From Thermoanaerobaculia bacterium (GTDB lineage Bacteria; Acidobacteriota; Thermoanaerobaculia; Gp7-AA8): a stretch of DNA of 37,641 nt. Below the pieces are notes generated by a model, which was given only the letters and a program-made list of their open reading frames with translations, had not been told where the DNA came from and did not search any database. This document shows, in pieces, positions 1 to 7,469 of this stretch. A program made the translations under genes and the position numbers. Each line of letters opens with the position of its first letter. The stretch's first letter is position 1. The stretch covers positions 1 to 37,641 of the forward strand of contig DATLWH010000298.1 in the NCBI GenBank assembly GCA_035576505.1, given 5' to 3'.

Positions 1-147
1 GACCTCGTGGAGGCCAATCGTGGCCTCGCGGAGAGCAAGCGTGACCTCGTGGAGAGCAAGCGTGACCTCGTGGAGGCCAAGCGTGACCTCGTGGAGAGCA
101 AGCGTGACCTCGTGAAGGCCAAGCGTGACCTCGTGGAGACCAAGCGT
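1..147 (+). repeat. Seven head-to-tail copies of a 21-bp unit (consensus gacctcgtggagagcaagcgt). In frame 1 they encode the heptad DLVE[SA]KR.
   Basis: Direct reading gives DLVEANR GLAESKR DLVESKR DLVEAKR DLVESKR DLVKAKR DLVETKR. The period is exactly 21 nt and third codon positions are GC-rich in frame 1. The array reaches the window edge, so the copy number is a minimum. Confidence 0.85.
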
Positions 148-384
148 GGCGGAGGTCGCGGATATTCGAGGCCTCGGAGCGTCCCCTTCTCCGCGTCCTC
201 CGTGAGGCCGAGCCCAACACGCGCAAGGCGAACGCCGGCATCGGCGCGCTTGGGGTCTATGCCATCGCCAAACGCGTCGCACTCAATCCTCGCCGATGCC
301 GCGTGGAGGGCCGCGTTTTTCCGCCGAAGTCGATCTCCGGAAGGCACGCCACCGATCAGGATGGAGCGACGGAATTTGGAATAA
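1..384 (+). CDS. 3' end of a hypothetical heptad-repeat protein, 5'-partial, running in from the left edge.
   Basis: Frame 1 is open from nt 1 to the stop at 382-384. The repeat part looks coding, but the post-repeat tail is R/S/P-rich and low complexity, so the true 3' end is uncertain. Confidence 0.3.
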   Translation, partial: DLVEANRGLAESKRDLVESKRDLVEAKRDLVESKRDLVKAKRDLVETKRGGGRGYSRPRSVPFSASSVRPSPTRARRTPASARLGSMPSPNASHSILADAAWRAAFFRRSRSPEGTPPIRMERRNLE

Positions 385-412
385 GCCGGACAGATCGGAC
401 GTAGTATTCGCG

Positions 413-994
413 ATGCCGATTCTGCCGCAGGAGAGAGACTTCTTCCCCGACGACCTGTTCGACCAGCCGATCGAGGAGGCGCCGTGGGAGATCGCGCATC
501 TGCGCAGCCGGCAGGAGAAGTCGGTGGCGCGGCTTCTCATCGACGGCGGCATGCCGTTCTATCTCCCGCAAATCAAACAGACCAAAAAGCGTTCCGGGAG
601 AACGTTCGTTTCCCATCTGCCGCTGTTTCAGGGCTATATCTTTCTGCGCCGCGTGGAGGGTCTTCGCCAGACGCTCTGGCGCACGAGCGCCGTGGTCAAG
701 ATGATCGAGGTGTCGGATCAGGCACAGCTGGCCGCCGAGCTGCTGCAGATCCGGCAGCTCCAGGCCAGCGGGGCCGTTCTCACCCCGCGCATGGATCTGG
801 TCCCGGGCGACCCGGTGCGCGTCAAGGACGGGGCGTTCAGCGGGTACACGGGCGTGGTGACGGAAGAGCGCGGAGCGCTGCGGCTGATCGTGTCGGTGTC
901 GATTCTGCGAAAGTCGGTCTCCGTGGAGTTTCCGCGCGAGATGCTCTCGCAGATGAAACCAGGTGAGTCCGGCCGCGCTCGGCGAAAACTCTGA
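413..994 (+). CDS. NusG-family specialised paralog (RfaH/LoaP/TaA-like transcription antiterminator), NGN plus KOW domains.
   Basis: The NGN-like N-terminus reads WEIAHLRSRQEKSVARLL...FYLP...RTFVSHLPLFQGYIFLR. The KOW-like motif is PGDPVRVKDGAFSGYTGVV. ATG 413 is chosen over the upstream in-frame start at 296 because residues 1-39 of that ORF are low complexity and overlap the previous ORF. Confidence 0.8.
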   Translation: MPILPQERDFFPDDLFDQPIEEAPWEIAHLRSRQEKSVARLLIDGGMPFYLPQIKQTKKRSGRTFVSHLPLFQGYIFLRRVEGLRQTLWRTSAVVKMIEVSDQAQLAAELLQIRQLQASGAVLTPRMDLVPGDPVRVKDGAFSGYTGVVTEERGALRLIVSVSILRKSVSVEFPREMLSQMKPGESGRARRKL

Positions 995-1201
995 CCTGGT
1001 GGTTGCACCCTTCCTCTGTTCCTTCACGACGGATGCGACGCTGTCTCTTTTTGAACAGAACCACCGTTGAGACGCGCGTATGGTCGGGGTGTCGTGAGGG
1101 CATCACCGTGATGTACACGTACAGCCGCGTGTCCATCCTTTCATGTCGCCATACCGATGGCCGCCTCTGAATGGTGAAAGACCCAGCCTTCCCGCCGCGC
1201 A

Positions 1202-1249
1202 GCATTTGCATCCTTCATGCAAAGCAGCTTTTGCATCCTTCATGCAAAG
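1202..1249. promoter_or_regulatory. Two tandem copies, period 25 bp, of a 23-nt unit. Each holds a perfect inverted repeat TTTGCAT-N5-ATGCAAA. Candidate operator or paired RNA hairpins in the operon leader.
   Basis: tttgcatccttcatgcaaag occurs at 1205-1224 and again at 1230-1249. The arms are exact reverse complements. The element is AT-rich in a GC-rich intergenic region, about 190-235 nt upstream of the adaptor gene start. Confidence 0.5.
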
Positions 1250-1437
1250 TAACTTTCATCCGAACCTATGCATCGTCTGTCTTCGTTCGTCATCCGCGGC
1301 GGTTCCTGTAACCGACAGGGCGAAGCTCATTCTCCCGAAAGATCCCCTCGCCGCGACTCCGCGTTGACCGGATCCCGCACCGCGGCGTGCAGTTGCCGCG
1401 GGCCGTGGCAGAGCACGATCAAGAGGGTTGGTCCCTG

Positions 1438-2688
1438 ATGGACCGCGTACGAACAAAATCCAAGGCCTCCCGGATCAAACGCCCGGCCATCATCGCCGGG
1501 GTGGCCATGGTGCTGATCAGCGGTGGTGTGATGCTCGCCAACATCGACTTCAGCACGCATCGAGTCGATCGGACTACGCTCACCGTCGAAACCGTCCAGC
1601 AGGGGACGATGGAAGTCAAGGTCGGCGCCAACGGCCAACTGCTGTCCAAGCACGTCGAACAACTGGCCGCGCAGGTTTCCGCGCGGGTGGCGAAGGCGGA
1701 TATCAAACCGGGCGCGGTCGTACGGGTTGGACAGGTACTGGTGGAGCTCGCCAATCCCGATCTCATCGCCAGCGCGGAGGAAGCGCAGTCGGCGTGGGAA
1801 GGGGCGGTGGCGGAACTGCAATCCTCCGAGGCCGAGCTGCAGACGAACATGCTGAACCAGGAAGTCGTGCTCACCGGGGCGCAATTCAGTTCGGAAAAGG
1901 CGCAAGTGAAGACCGAAGCGGACGAGACCCTGGCTCGTGAGGGCCTTCTTCCGGGAATTGAGCTGAAGCGCTCGCAGCTCGATCGAACCCAACTGAAGAA
2001 GGTTTACGAGATCGAAGGGAGCCGCCTGAAAAAGGTGCGCGACAACATTGGGGTCCAACTGGCTGTCAAGAAATCCAAAGTCGCGCAGCTGGCGCGGGCG
2101 CTGGATCGCGCCAGGACGCAGGCTGCTGACCTGAAGGTCGTGGCCGGCATCAACGGCATCGTGCAGGCCATCACCGTCGAAGTCGGGCAGCAACTGCAGC
2201 CGGGCAGCCCGATCGGCCGCATCGCGCAGCAGGATCAACTGTACGCGGAGCTCAAGGTTCCCGCGCGTGAGGCCACACAGGTGCAAGCGGGACAAAAGGT
2301 CATCGTCGATACCCGCAATGGGACGGTGGACGGCATCGTCACACGCGTCGACCCCGGCGTCACGGACGGCACGGTCGTGGTGGACGTCGATCTGCGGGGT
2401 GTGGTCCCTGCCGGGGCCCGTCCGCAGTTGCCGGTCGAAGGCACCATCTACGTCAGCCAGTTGCCGAACACGCTCTACGTAGGCAAGCCCTCGTACGTCA
2501 AGAACGATACGTCGATGAGCGTGTACAAGCTCGATCCGGCCGGTCAGTATGCGGCGAGGGTCACGATCAAAGCCGGCAAGGTATCGCTCAATTACCTGCA
2601 GGTGCTGCAGGGCTTACAGGCGGGCGACCGCATCATCACCTCCGAAATCGGCGCGTGGCAGGGCCAGGATCGCATCCTGTTGAAATAG
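1438..2688 (+). CDS. HlyD/MacA-type periplasmic adaptor (membrane fusion protein) of an ABC-type efflux system.
   Basis: The N-terminal TM anchor is PAIIAGVAMVLISGGVMLA. It is followed by a barrel-sandwich segment, a long coiled coil (AEEAQSAWEGAVAELQSSEAELQ...LARALDRARTQAADLKV) and beta-barrel-like C-terminal segments. ATG 1438 is preceded by a purine-rich aagaggg. Confidence 0.85.
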   Translation: MDRVRTKSKASRIKRPAIIAGVAMVLISGGVMLANIDFSTHRVDRTTLTVETVQQGTMEVKVGANGQLLSKHVEQLAAQVSARVAKADIKPGAVVRVGQVLVELANPDLIASAEEAQSAWEGAVAELQSSEAELQTNMLNQEVVLTGAQFSSEKAQVKTEADETLAREGLLPGIELKRSQLDRTQLKKVYEIEGSRLKKVRDNIGVQLAVKKSKVAQLARALDRARTQAADLKVVAGINGIVQAITVEVGQQLQPGSPIGRIAQQDQLYAELKVPAREATQVQAGQKVIVDTRNGTVDGIVTRVDPGVTDGTVVVDVDLRGVVPAGARPQLPVEGTIYVSQLPNTLYVGKPSYVKNDTSMSVYKLDPAGQYAARVTIKAGKVSLNYLQVLQGLQAGDRIITSEIGAWQGQDRILLK

Positions 2689-2747
2689 CGTTCGCCGGGC
2701 TGAATCACAAGACCGCCCCGGCCGGCCATCCTGGCAGCAGATTCAAG

Positions 2748-3965
2748 ATGGCAGAGGATGCCATGAGCGAAGATCGTTCGGCTACGTTCCACAAGCTATA
2801 CGGAATCAGAAAGCCGAGGGTTGTCTATTATAAAAGAGATTTCCTCGACTACGTATTGATGATCGTGCTGAGCGCACTCGCTCTCAGTCTGTCGTACGGT
2901 TTTGGCCAAGCCATGTCGATCGCCGGGCTTGCTCTGTGTGCCTTCATGCTGGTCATGTTTGCGGTGAGGCACGGCGTCGAGCTCAGCGTTCCCGTGATCT
3001 TGAGAAGACCGCAGGATGTGCTTTACATGTTCGCGTATAAGCTCCAGAATTTCAAATCTCCGTATCTCATCGCGATCAGTCTCCTGCTGCTGGAAAATCT
3101 CCTGATCGCGGTAACACCGAATCTTCCGCACCATGTGGCATTGGTACGCACGGTCGCTCTCTATCTGTTTTACATCCATTTCCTTTCCATCACCGCGTTC
3201 CGAACAGTCATCCTGATCGATCATCTTCGGAAGAAGGAGCTGGTCCGTGAGGTGTTGATGCAGACCGCGTGGCGGCGGGCCATCACCGAAAAGACGAACA
3301 TCACGCTGGAAATCGTGCATGCGTACATCACCGGGCTTCTGACGCACATCATCCAGATCGCGCCGTGGTATCTCGTGATCCGCTATTTCAGCTTTTCGGT
3401 GATCTTCCTGCCGGTCGTGTGCGCGGTCAATGTCTTCGTCCACTTGAAATGGCTGCAGGGGTTCAATGGATGGTTCTACCGGGATCACTGGCTTGGGCAC
3501 AATTCGGAGGCCGAGTTTATCTTTCTCCACGGCACGCACCATGATGCCATCCCATCCGGGTTGATCGCCGTGGCGGAGAACGGCTTTCTGGAAGGGTTTC
3601 TGCGGTTCACGATCGGCTGGCCCGTGCCGTTCTACAACCCTCTGATCGCGTTTCTCATATGTATGTATGACGTCAGAACGGATATCGTCCAGCATCAGTA
3701 CATTCCTGGCGTCTATCCGAGACTATCGAGACAGTTCCTGGAGGTTTTTCAGCATCCGACGCATCACTATGGATCGCTCGAACCTTACAGCATCGGGGCG
3801 AAAGTGGATCAGCCTGGCGTTGCCGAGGCGTTCAAGAATACGTTTGCGTGGGTTCCTGACGGGATCAAGAACTCGGCCAAGCTGGACGAAGAGCTTACAG
3901 GTTTCAAATGGGACAACCCGACGCATCGGCTGATTCTGAGCCTGTACGACAGGTATCAAAAATGA
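2748..3965 (+). CDS. Polytopic membrane protein with a tripartite His-box (HX3H, HX2HH, HX2HH). Putative membrane di-iron oxygenase of the desaturase/hydroxylase superfamily. Paralog 1.
   Basis: It has multiple hydrophobic helices. The motifs are DHWLGH, HGTHHD, HQYIPG and HPTHHYG. It is homologous along its length to the ORF at 12929-14173. The start is uncertain, with ATG 2748 or 2763 both possible. Confidence 0.65.
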   Translation: MAEDAMSEDRSATFHKLYGIRKPRVVYYKRDFLDYVLMIVLSALALSLSYGFGQAMSIAGLALCAFMLVMFAVRHGVELSVPVILRRPQDVLYMFAYKLQNFKSPYLIAISLLLLENLLIAVTPNLPHHVALVRTVALYLFYIHFLSITAFRTVILIDHLRKKELVREVLMQTAWRRAITEKTNITLEIVHAYITGLLTHIIQIAPWYLVIRYFSFSVIFLPVVCAVNVFVHLKWLQGFNGWFYRDHWLGHNSEAEFIFLHGTHHDAIPSGLIAVAENGFLEGFLRFTIGWPVPFYNPLIAFLICMYDVRTDIVQHQYIPGVYPRLSRQFLEVFQHPTHHYGSLEPYSIGAKVDQPGVAEAFKNTFAWVPDGIKNSAKLDEELTGFKWDNPTHRLILSLYDRYQK

Positions 3966-4017
3966 CGCGATCCCCTGCTAGCGGCTGGAACGGACTTAAG
4001 ACGAGAAGGTACTAACC

Positions 4018-6438
4018 ATGAATCTCTGGTTCGATTTGAAATACGCATGGCGCCTGTTGATGAAATCGAAAGGCTACTCGTTCATGTGCGCGAGCGTCGT
4101 TGCACTGAGTCTGGGGCTCGCAGTATGGACGTGCGAGCTCATTTACAGCCAGGTGCTCAAGCCCCTCCCTTTCCCGAAGTCCAGCGCCTGGTACAGCCTG
4201 CAGATCGGCACGAAAGCCGAGTCCACGCCGCATCCCGGTGTCGATGCCTACACGTATCAGGAGCTGCTGAAGCGCAATCGCTCGGCCGACTACCTCGGGG
4301 CCTTCGCGGAGCAGCCCGTCGTTCTCAGTGAAGGACAGGCGAGCACGCGGTTGCGGGGCGTGGGAATCAGTCCGCGCCTGCTCGCCGCAACGCAGACGCC
4401 GCCTCTCATGGGGCGCATCTTTCAGGAATCGGATGGCAAGTCCGGGGCCGCCCCGGTAGCCATCCTCAGCTACGAGACATGGCAAACGCACTTCGCCGGC
4501 GATTCGAATGTCGTCGGCAAGATGACTCGAATTGACTCGGCGCCGGTGCAGATCATCGGCGTAATGCCGAAAGATTTTCTGGCGTTTCGCGATTTCGAGC
4601 TCTGGGAGCCGCTGCAGATGCCGGCCCTGGCGCGGCCGGCCGACTCGACGATGACATTGATGCCGTTCGTCATCGCGGCGGACAAGAAGAAGGTCGTTGC
4701 GAATCTGAACGAGATGAAGCCGGCGATTGCGGGCGTCAATCACGATCATCCGGAACTGTTCGACTCCGGGCGGCACGTGGCGCTCATTCCTGCCCATCAA
4801 ATGTACACGCATTCCTTTGCGCCGATCGTGATGATGATGAGTCTCCTCGCCGCGGCCGTGTTGCTGATCGGCGGTATGAACATCGGCATGGTATTTCTGG
4901 CGCGATTGCTGGAGCGCAGCCGCGAGATCGCGTTGCGTAATGCACTCGGCGCGTCGCGCGGGCGGCTGATGCGGCTATGCCTGCTGGAGACGGCCTTGAT
5001 CGTTCTGCTCGGGCTCGTGGCCGGGTGGGGGCTGGCGGGACTGGGTGTCCGTTGGACGCAGGGTCTCTATGAATTCGGGTCGCGGATCAAGGGGACCGGA
5101 CGCCCTCCCAACCTACTGCAGTTACGGCCCGCCGATCTGGCGGCGGCATTGATTTGCGCCCTGGCGATCTGGCTGCTCAGTACGCTCGTTCCGGCATGGC
5201 GTGTGGTCAGACAGGACGCGGCCGAAGTGCTGGCGGGCAGCGGCAAGGGAACGTCCCGCCCCGCCGGCAACAGGAGCGTGGCTCTGCTCGTCGGTGTGCA
5301 AGTGGTGGTCTCCTGCCTGGTCCTGGTGGTCTGTACGAATCTGGTGCTGGCCGTCAAGAAGGAGGTGAACAAGCCTACCGGCCTGAACACCGCGGGCGTC
5401 ATCATCGCGACCAACCCTACAGTCTTTGACGCACGCTTTGCCCAGCCGGCCGAGCGCCTGCGTTATTGGGAGGAATTGAAGACGTCAATCGAGAGCAGGG
5501 TCCCGGGTGCCGCAGTGGCCTTTACCACGGAGGTGCCGACGGAACCAGGCAGCGTGCCCGCTGCCATCGAGACGCAGCAAGGCACGACCAACAAGGGTGC
5601 GTTCAAGTTGCCGGCCACGATCGTGTCGGAAGGCTATTTCTCGATGCTTGGGCTGAACGCCCGTTCAGGCCGTTTGTTCGAAAGTACCGACAACAGCACC
5701 TCCCTCAACGTGGCCGTCGTCGATGAGAAACTGGCGGCGCGTTATTGGCCCGATCAAAATGCGCTGGGCAAACGTGTTCAATTGAACCCGACGGAGAATG
5801 GCCCCTGGCTCGCCGTCGTAGGAGTTGTCTCCGCCGTTTCGGCCGGGCCTTACAGCTCCGACGTCGGGATCATTTATCAGCCGTTGCGCCAGGCGCTGCC
5901 GTCGGGCTTCCGGCTGTTGGTCAGACCGCCGAGCACCACCAGCGACAGCCGGAGCGCGATACGAGCCGCTGCCTTTGCGGTCGATCGGGATTTGCCATTG
6001 CAGAACCTGCAAACGGTCGACGACTACGTAGCGTCGCTGAATATCGCGACGTCAGCCCTGGTACCGGCCGTCACCGCCGTGGCGCTCATTACGGCATTGC
6101 TGGCGGCATCCGGTCTGTTCGGGCTGATCAGCCGCTCGGTCGCGCAACGTACGCAGGAAGTGGGCATCCGCCGTGCGCTGGGTGCCTCGCCGTGGCGGGC
6201 CACTTCGAGGTTCACCCGCCAGGGGGCGGTGTATTTGTGCGTGGCGATTGTCGGGGTCGCGCTGGGGGTCATGGTGATGCCCCTTCTCAGCCGCGCGATC
6301 GACAATATTCTCGACCACGTGCTCCTCGGCACGTTTGGGGTCGTCCTTCTCATCGCCGGCGTCATCTTTTTCGCCTCGTATCTGCCCAGCCGTAGCGCGG
6401 TGGCCATGGAACCGGGCGACGCGTTGCGTTACGAATAA
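4018..6438 (+). CDS. Duplicated FtsX/MacB-type ABC transporter permease (ADOP-like, 806 aa, two MacB_PCD plus FtsX halves).
   Basis: The N-terminus is LKYAWRLLMKSKGYSFMCASVVALSLGLAV. The first FtsX block is LERSREIALRNALGASRGRLMRL. The second is AQRTQEVGIRRALGASPWRATSRF, and the C-terminus is SYLPSRSAVAMEPGDALRYE. Confidence 0.9.
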   Translation: MNLWFDLKYAWRLLMKSKGYSFMCASVVALSLGLAVWTCELIYSQVLKPLPFPKSSAWYSLQIGTKAESTPHPGVDAYTYQELLKRNRSADYLGAFAEQPVVLSEGQASTRLRGVGISPRLLAATQTPPLMGRIFQESDGKSGAAPVAILSYETWQTHFAGDSNVVGKMTRIDSAPVQIIGVMPKDFLAFRDFELWEPLQMPALARPADSTMTLMPFVIAADKKKVVANLNEMKPAIAGVNHDHPELFDSGRHVALIPAHQMYTHSFAPIVMMMSLLAAAVLLIGGMNIGMVFLARLLERSREIALRNALGASRGRLMRLCLLETALIVLLGLVAGWGLAGLGVRWTQGLYEFGSRIKGTGRPPNLLQLRPADLAAALICALAIWLLSTLVPAWRVVRQDAAEVLAGSGKGTSRPAGNRSVALLVGVQVVVSCLVLVVCTNLVLAVKKEVNKPTGLNTAGVIIATNPTVFDARFAQPAERLRYWEELKTSIESRVPGAAVAFTTEVPTEPGSVPAAIETQQGTTNKGAFKLPATIVSEGYFSMLGLNARSGRLFESTDNSTSLNVAVVDEKLAARYWPDQNALGKRVQLNPTENGPWLAVVGVVSAVSAGPYSSDVGIIYQPLRQALPSGFRLLVRPPSTTSDSRSAIRAAAFAVDRDLPLQNLQTVDDYVASLNIATSALVPAVTAVALITALLAASGLFGLISRSVAQRTQEVGIRRALGASPWRATSRFTRQGAVYLCVAIVGVALGVMVMPLLSRAIDNILDHVLLGTFGVVLLIAGVIFFASYLPSRSAVAMEPGDALRYE

Positions 6439-6473
6439 CCGATTTTTCAACTGCACGGTCAAGGAGACCACGA

Positions 6474-7205
6474 ATGACTACTCAGCCTCTCATCAGTCTG
6501 CAAGGCATCAAGAAGGTCTTTTACACCGAGGAATTGGAGACAGCGGCGCTAGACGACATTCAGATCGACATCGATCAAGGCGAATATGTTTCGATCAGCG
6601 GTCCGTCCGGCTGCGGGAAATCGACGCTGTTGTCGGTGATTGGACTCCTGCATTCCGCCACCGATGGAAAATATCTTCTCGACGGCAAGGAGGTAACAGG
6701 TCTGCAATCCTCAGAGCAGGCGCGTGTGCGGAACCGGGAGATCGGGTTCATTTTTCAGGCGTTCAACCTGATTCCCGACATGAGCGCGTTCGAGAACGTC
6801 GAACTGCCGTTGACGTATCGCGACGACCTCAATAAGAAACAGCGCCATGACCTTGTCCTGACGGCGCTGGAACAGGTGAATATGGCGGAGCGCCAGAAGC
6901 ACTTCCCCTCGCAGCTGTCCGGCGGTCAACAACAGCGCGTCGCGATTGCCCGCGCTCTGGTCGGGAAACCGAAGGTTCTGCTCGCGGACGAACCGACGGG
7001 GAACCTCGATTCGAAGAACGCGCAGCTCATCATGCAGATGCTCGACGGGCTGCATGGGCAAGGCAGTGCCATCGTCATGGTCACACACGATCCGCGCTTC
7101 GCCGAGCGGGCAGAGCGGCTGATCTCGCTGTTCGACGGACGGATCGTTGAGGATCGGCGCCTTGACGCGAGCAGCTCCCCGGTAGGGGTCGCCGCAAGCG
7201 CCTGA
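6474..7205 (+). CDS. ABC transporter ATP-binding protein (MacB/LolD-type NBD).
   Basis: Walker A is GPSGCGKST, the signature is LSGGQQQRVAIARAL, Walker B is VLLADEPTGNLD and the H-loop is VMVTHD. Confidence 0.95.
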   Translation: MTTQPLISLQGIKKVFYTEELETAALDDIQIDIDQGEYVSISGPSGCGKSTLLSVIGLLHSATDGKYLLDGKEVTGLQSSEQARVRNREIGFIFQAFNLIPDMSAFENVELPLTYRDDLNKKQRHDLVLTALEQVNMAERQKHFPSQLSGGQQQRVAIARALVGKPKVLLADEPTGNLDSKNAQLIMQMLDGLHGQGSAIVMVTHDPRFAERAERLISLFDGRIVEDRRLDASSSPVGVAASA

Positions 7206-7220
7206 AGACGGGAACGCATC

Positions 7221-7469
7221 ATGACGAAGATCGAAATACTCAATCTCATCGCGCAGCATACGCGAGAGATACTGCCAGGCCTCGACGCGCACGAGTTCGT
7301 CGCTGCCGACCGCCTGGTCGACTTGGGCGCCAATTCCGTTGATCGCGCCGAGATCGCCATGGTCGTGCAGGAATCACTGGGCTTGTCGGTGTCGCGCGTC
7401 GAGCTGTTCGGGCCGAAGAACATCGGGGAGCTGGCGGATCTGTTCCTGAATAAAGCGCATGCAGCCTGA
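7221..7469 (+). CDS. Discrete acyl carrier protein, the donor ACP of a beta-branching (HCS) cassette (AcpK/CurB-like).
   Basis: It is 82 aa with the phosphopantetheine attachment motif DLGANSVDRAEI. It overlaps the start of the downstream KS-like gene by 11 nt. Confidence 0.85.
   Translation: MTKIEILNLIAQHTREILPGLDAHEFVAADRLVDLGANSVDRAEIAMVVQESLGLSVSRVELFGPKNIGELADLFLNKAHAA

Noticed and set aside
1-147. The possibility that the left-edge repeats are a CRISPR array.
   Set aside because: The units are directly abutting with no spacers, have a 21-nt period and sit in frame. This is a tandem coding repeat, not a CRISPR array.
129-404. Frame 3 is open here with a more protein-like translation (..EASERPLLRVLREAEPNTRKANAGIGALGVYAIAKRVAL..), suggesting a possible frameshift after the repeat array.
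   Set aside because: There is no start codon in that frame and no recognisable slippery site or homology that I can verify. It is noted only as a caveat on the 3' end of the first ORF.
296-412. An upstream in-frame extension of the NusG-like ORF (start at 296).
   Set aside because: The 39 extra residues are low complexity, overlap the preceding ORF and are not part of an NGN domain. ATG 413 is preferred.
1143-1367. A 74-aa ORF covering the palindromic leader element.
   Set aside because: It has no convincing RBS, an odd composition, and an ORF created largely by the repeated palindrome. It is better explained as non-coding leader.
1381-1400. A GC hairpin (cgcggc-N8-gccgcg) just upstream of the adaptor gene, considered as an intrinsic terminator or attenuator.
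   Set aside because: No U-tract follows it, and a 6-bp GC stem is expected by chance in GC-rich DNA.
2655-2747. An upstream extension of the first His-box protein that overlaps the 3' end of the adaptor gene.
   Set aside because: The extension is non-hydrophobic filler overlapping a well-supported gene. The internal ATGs at 2748 and 2763 give a sensible start.
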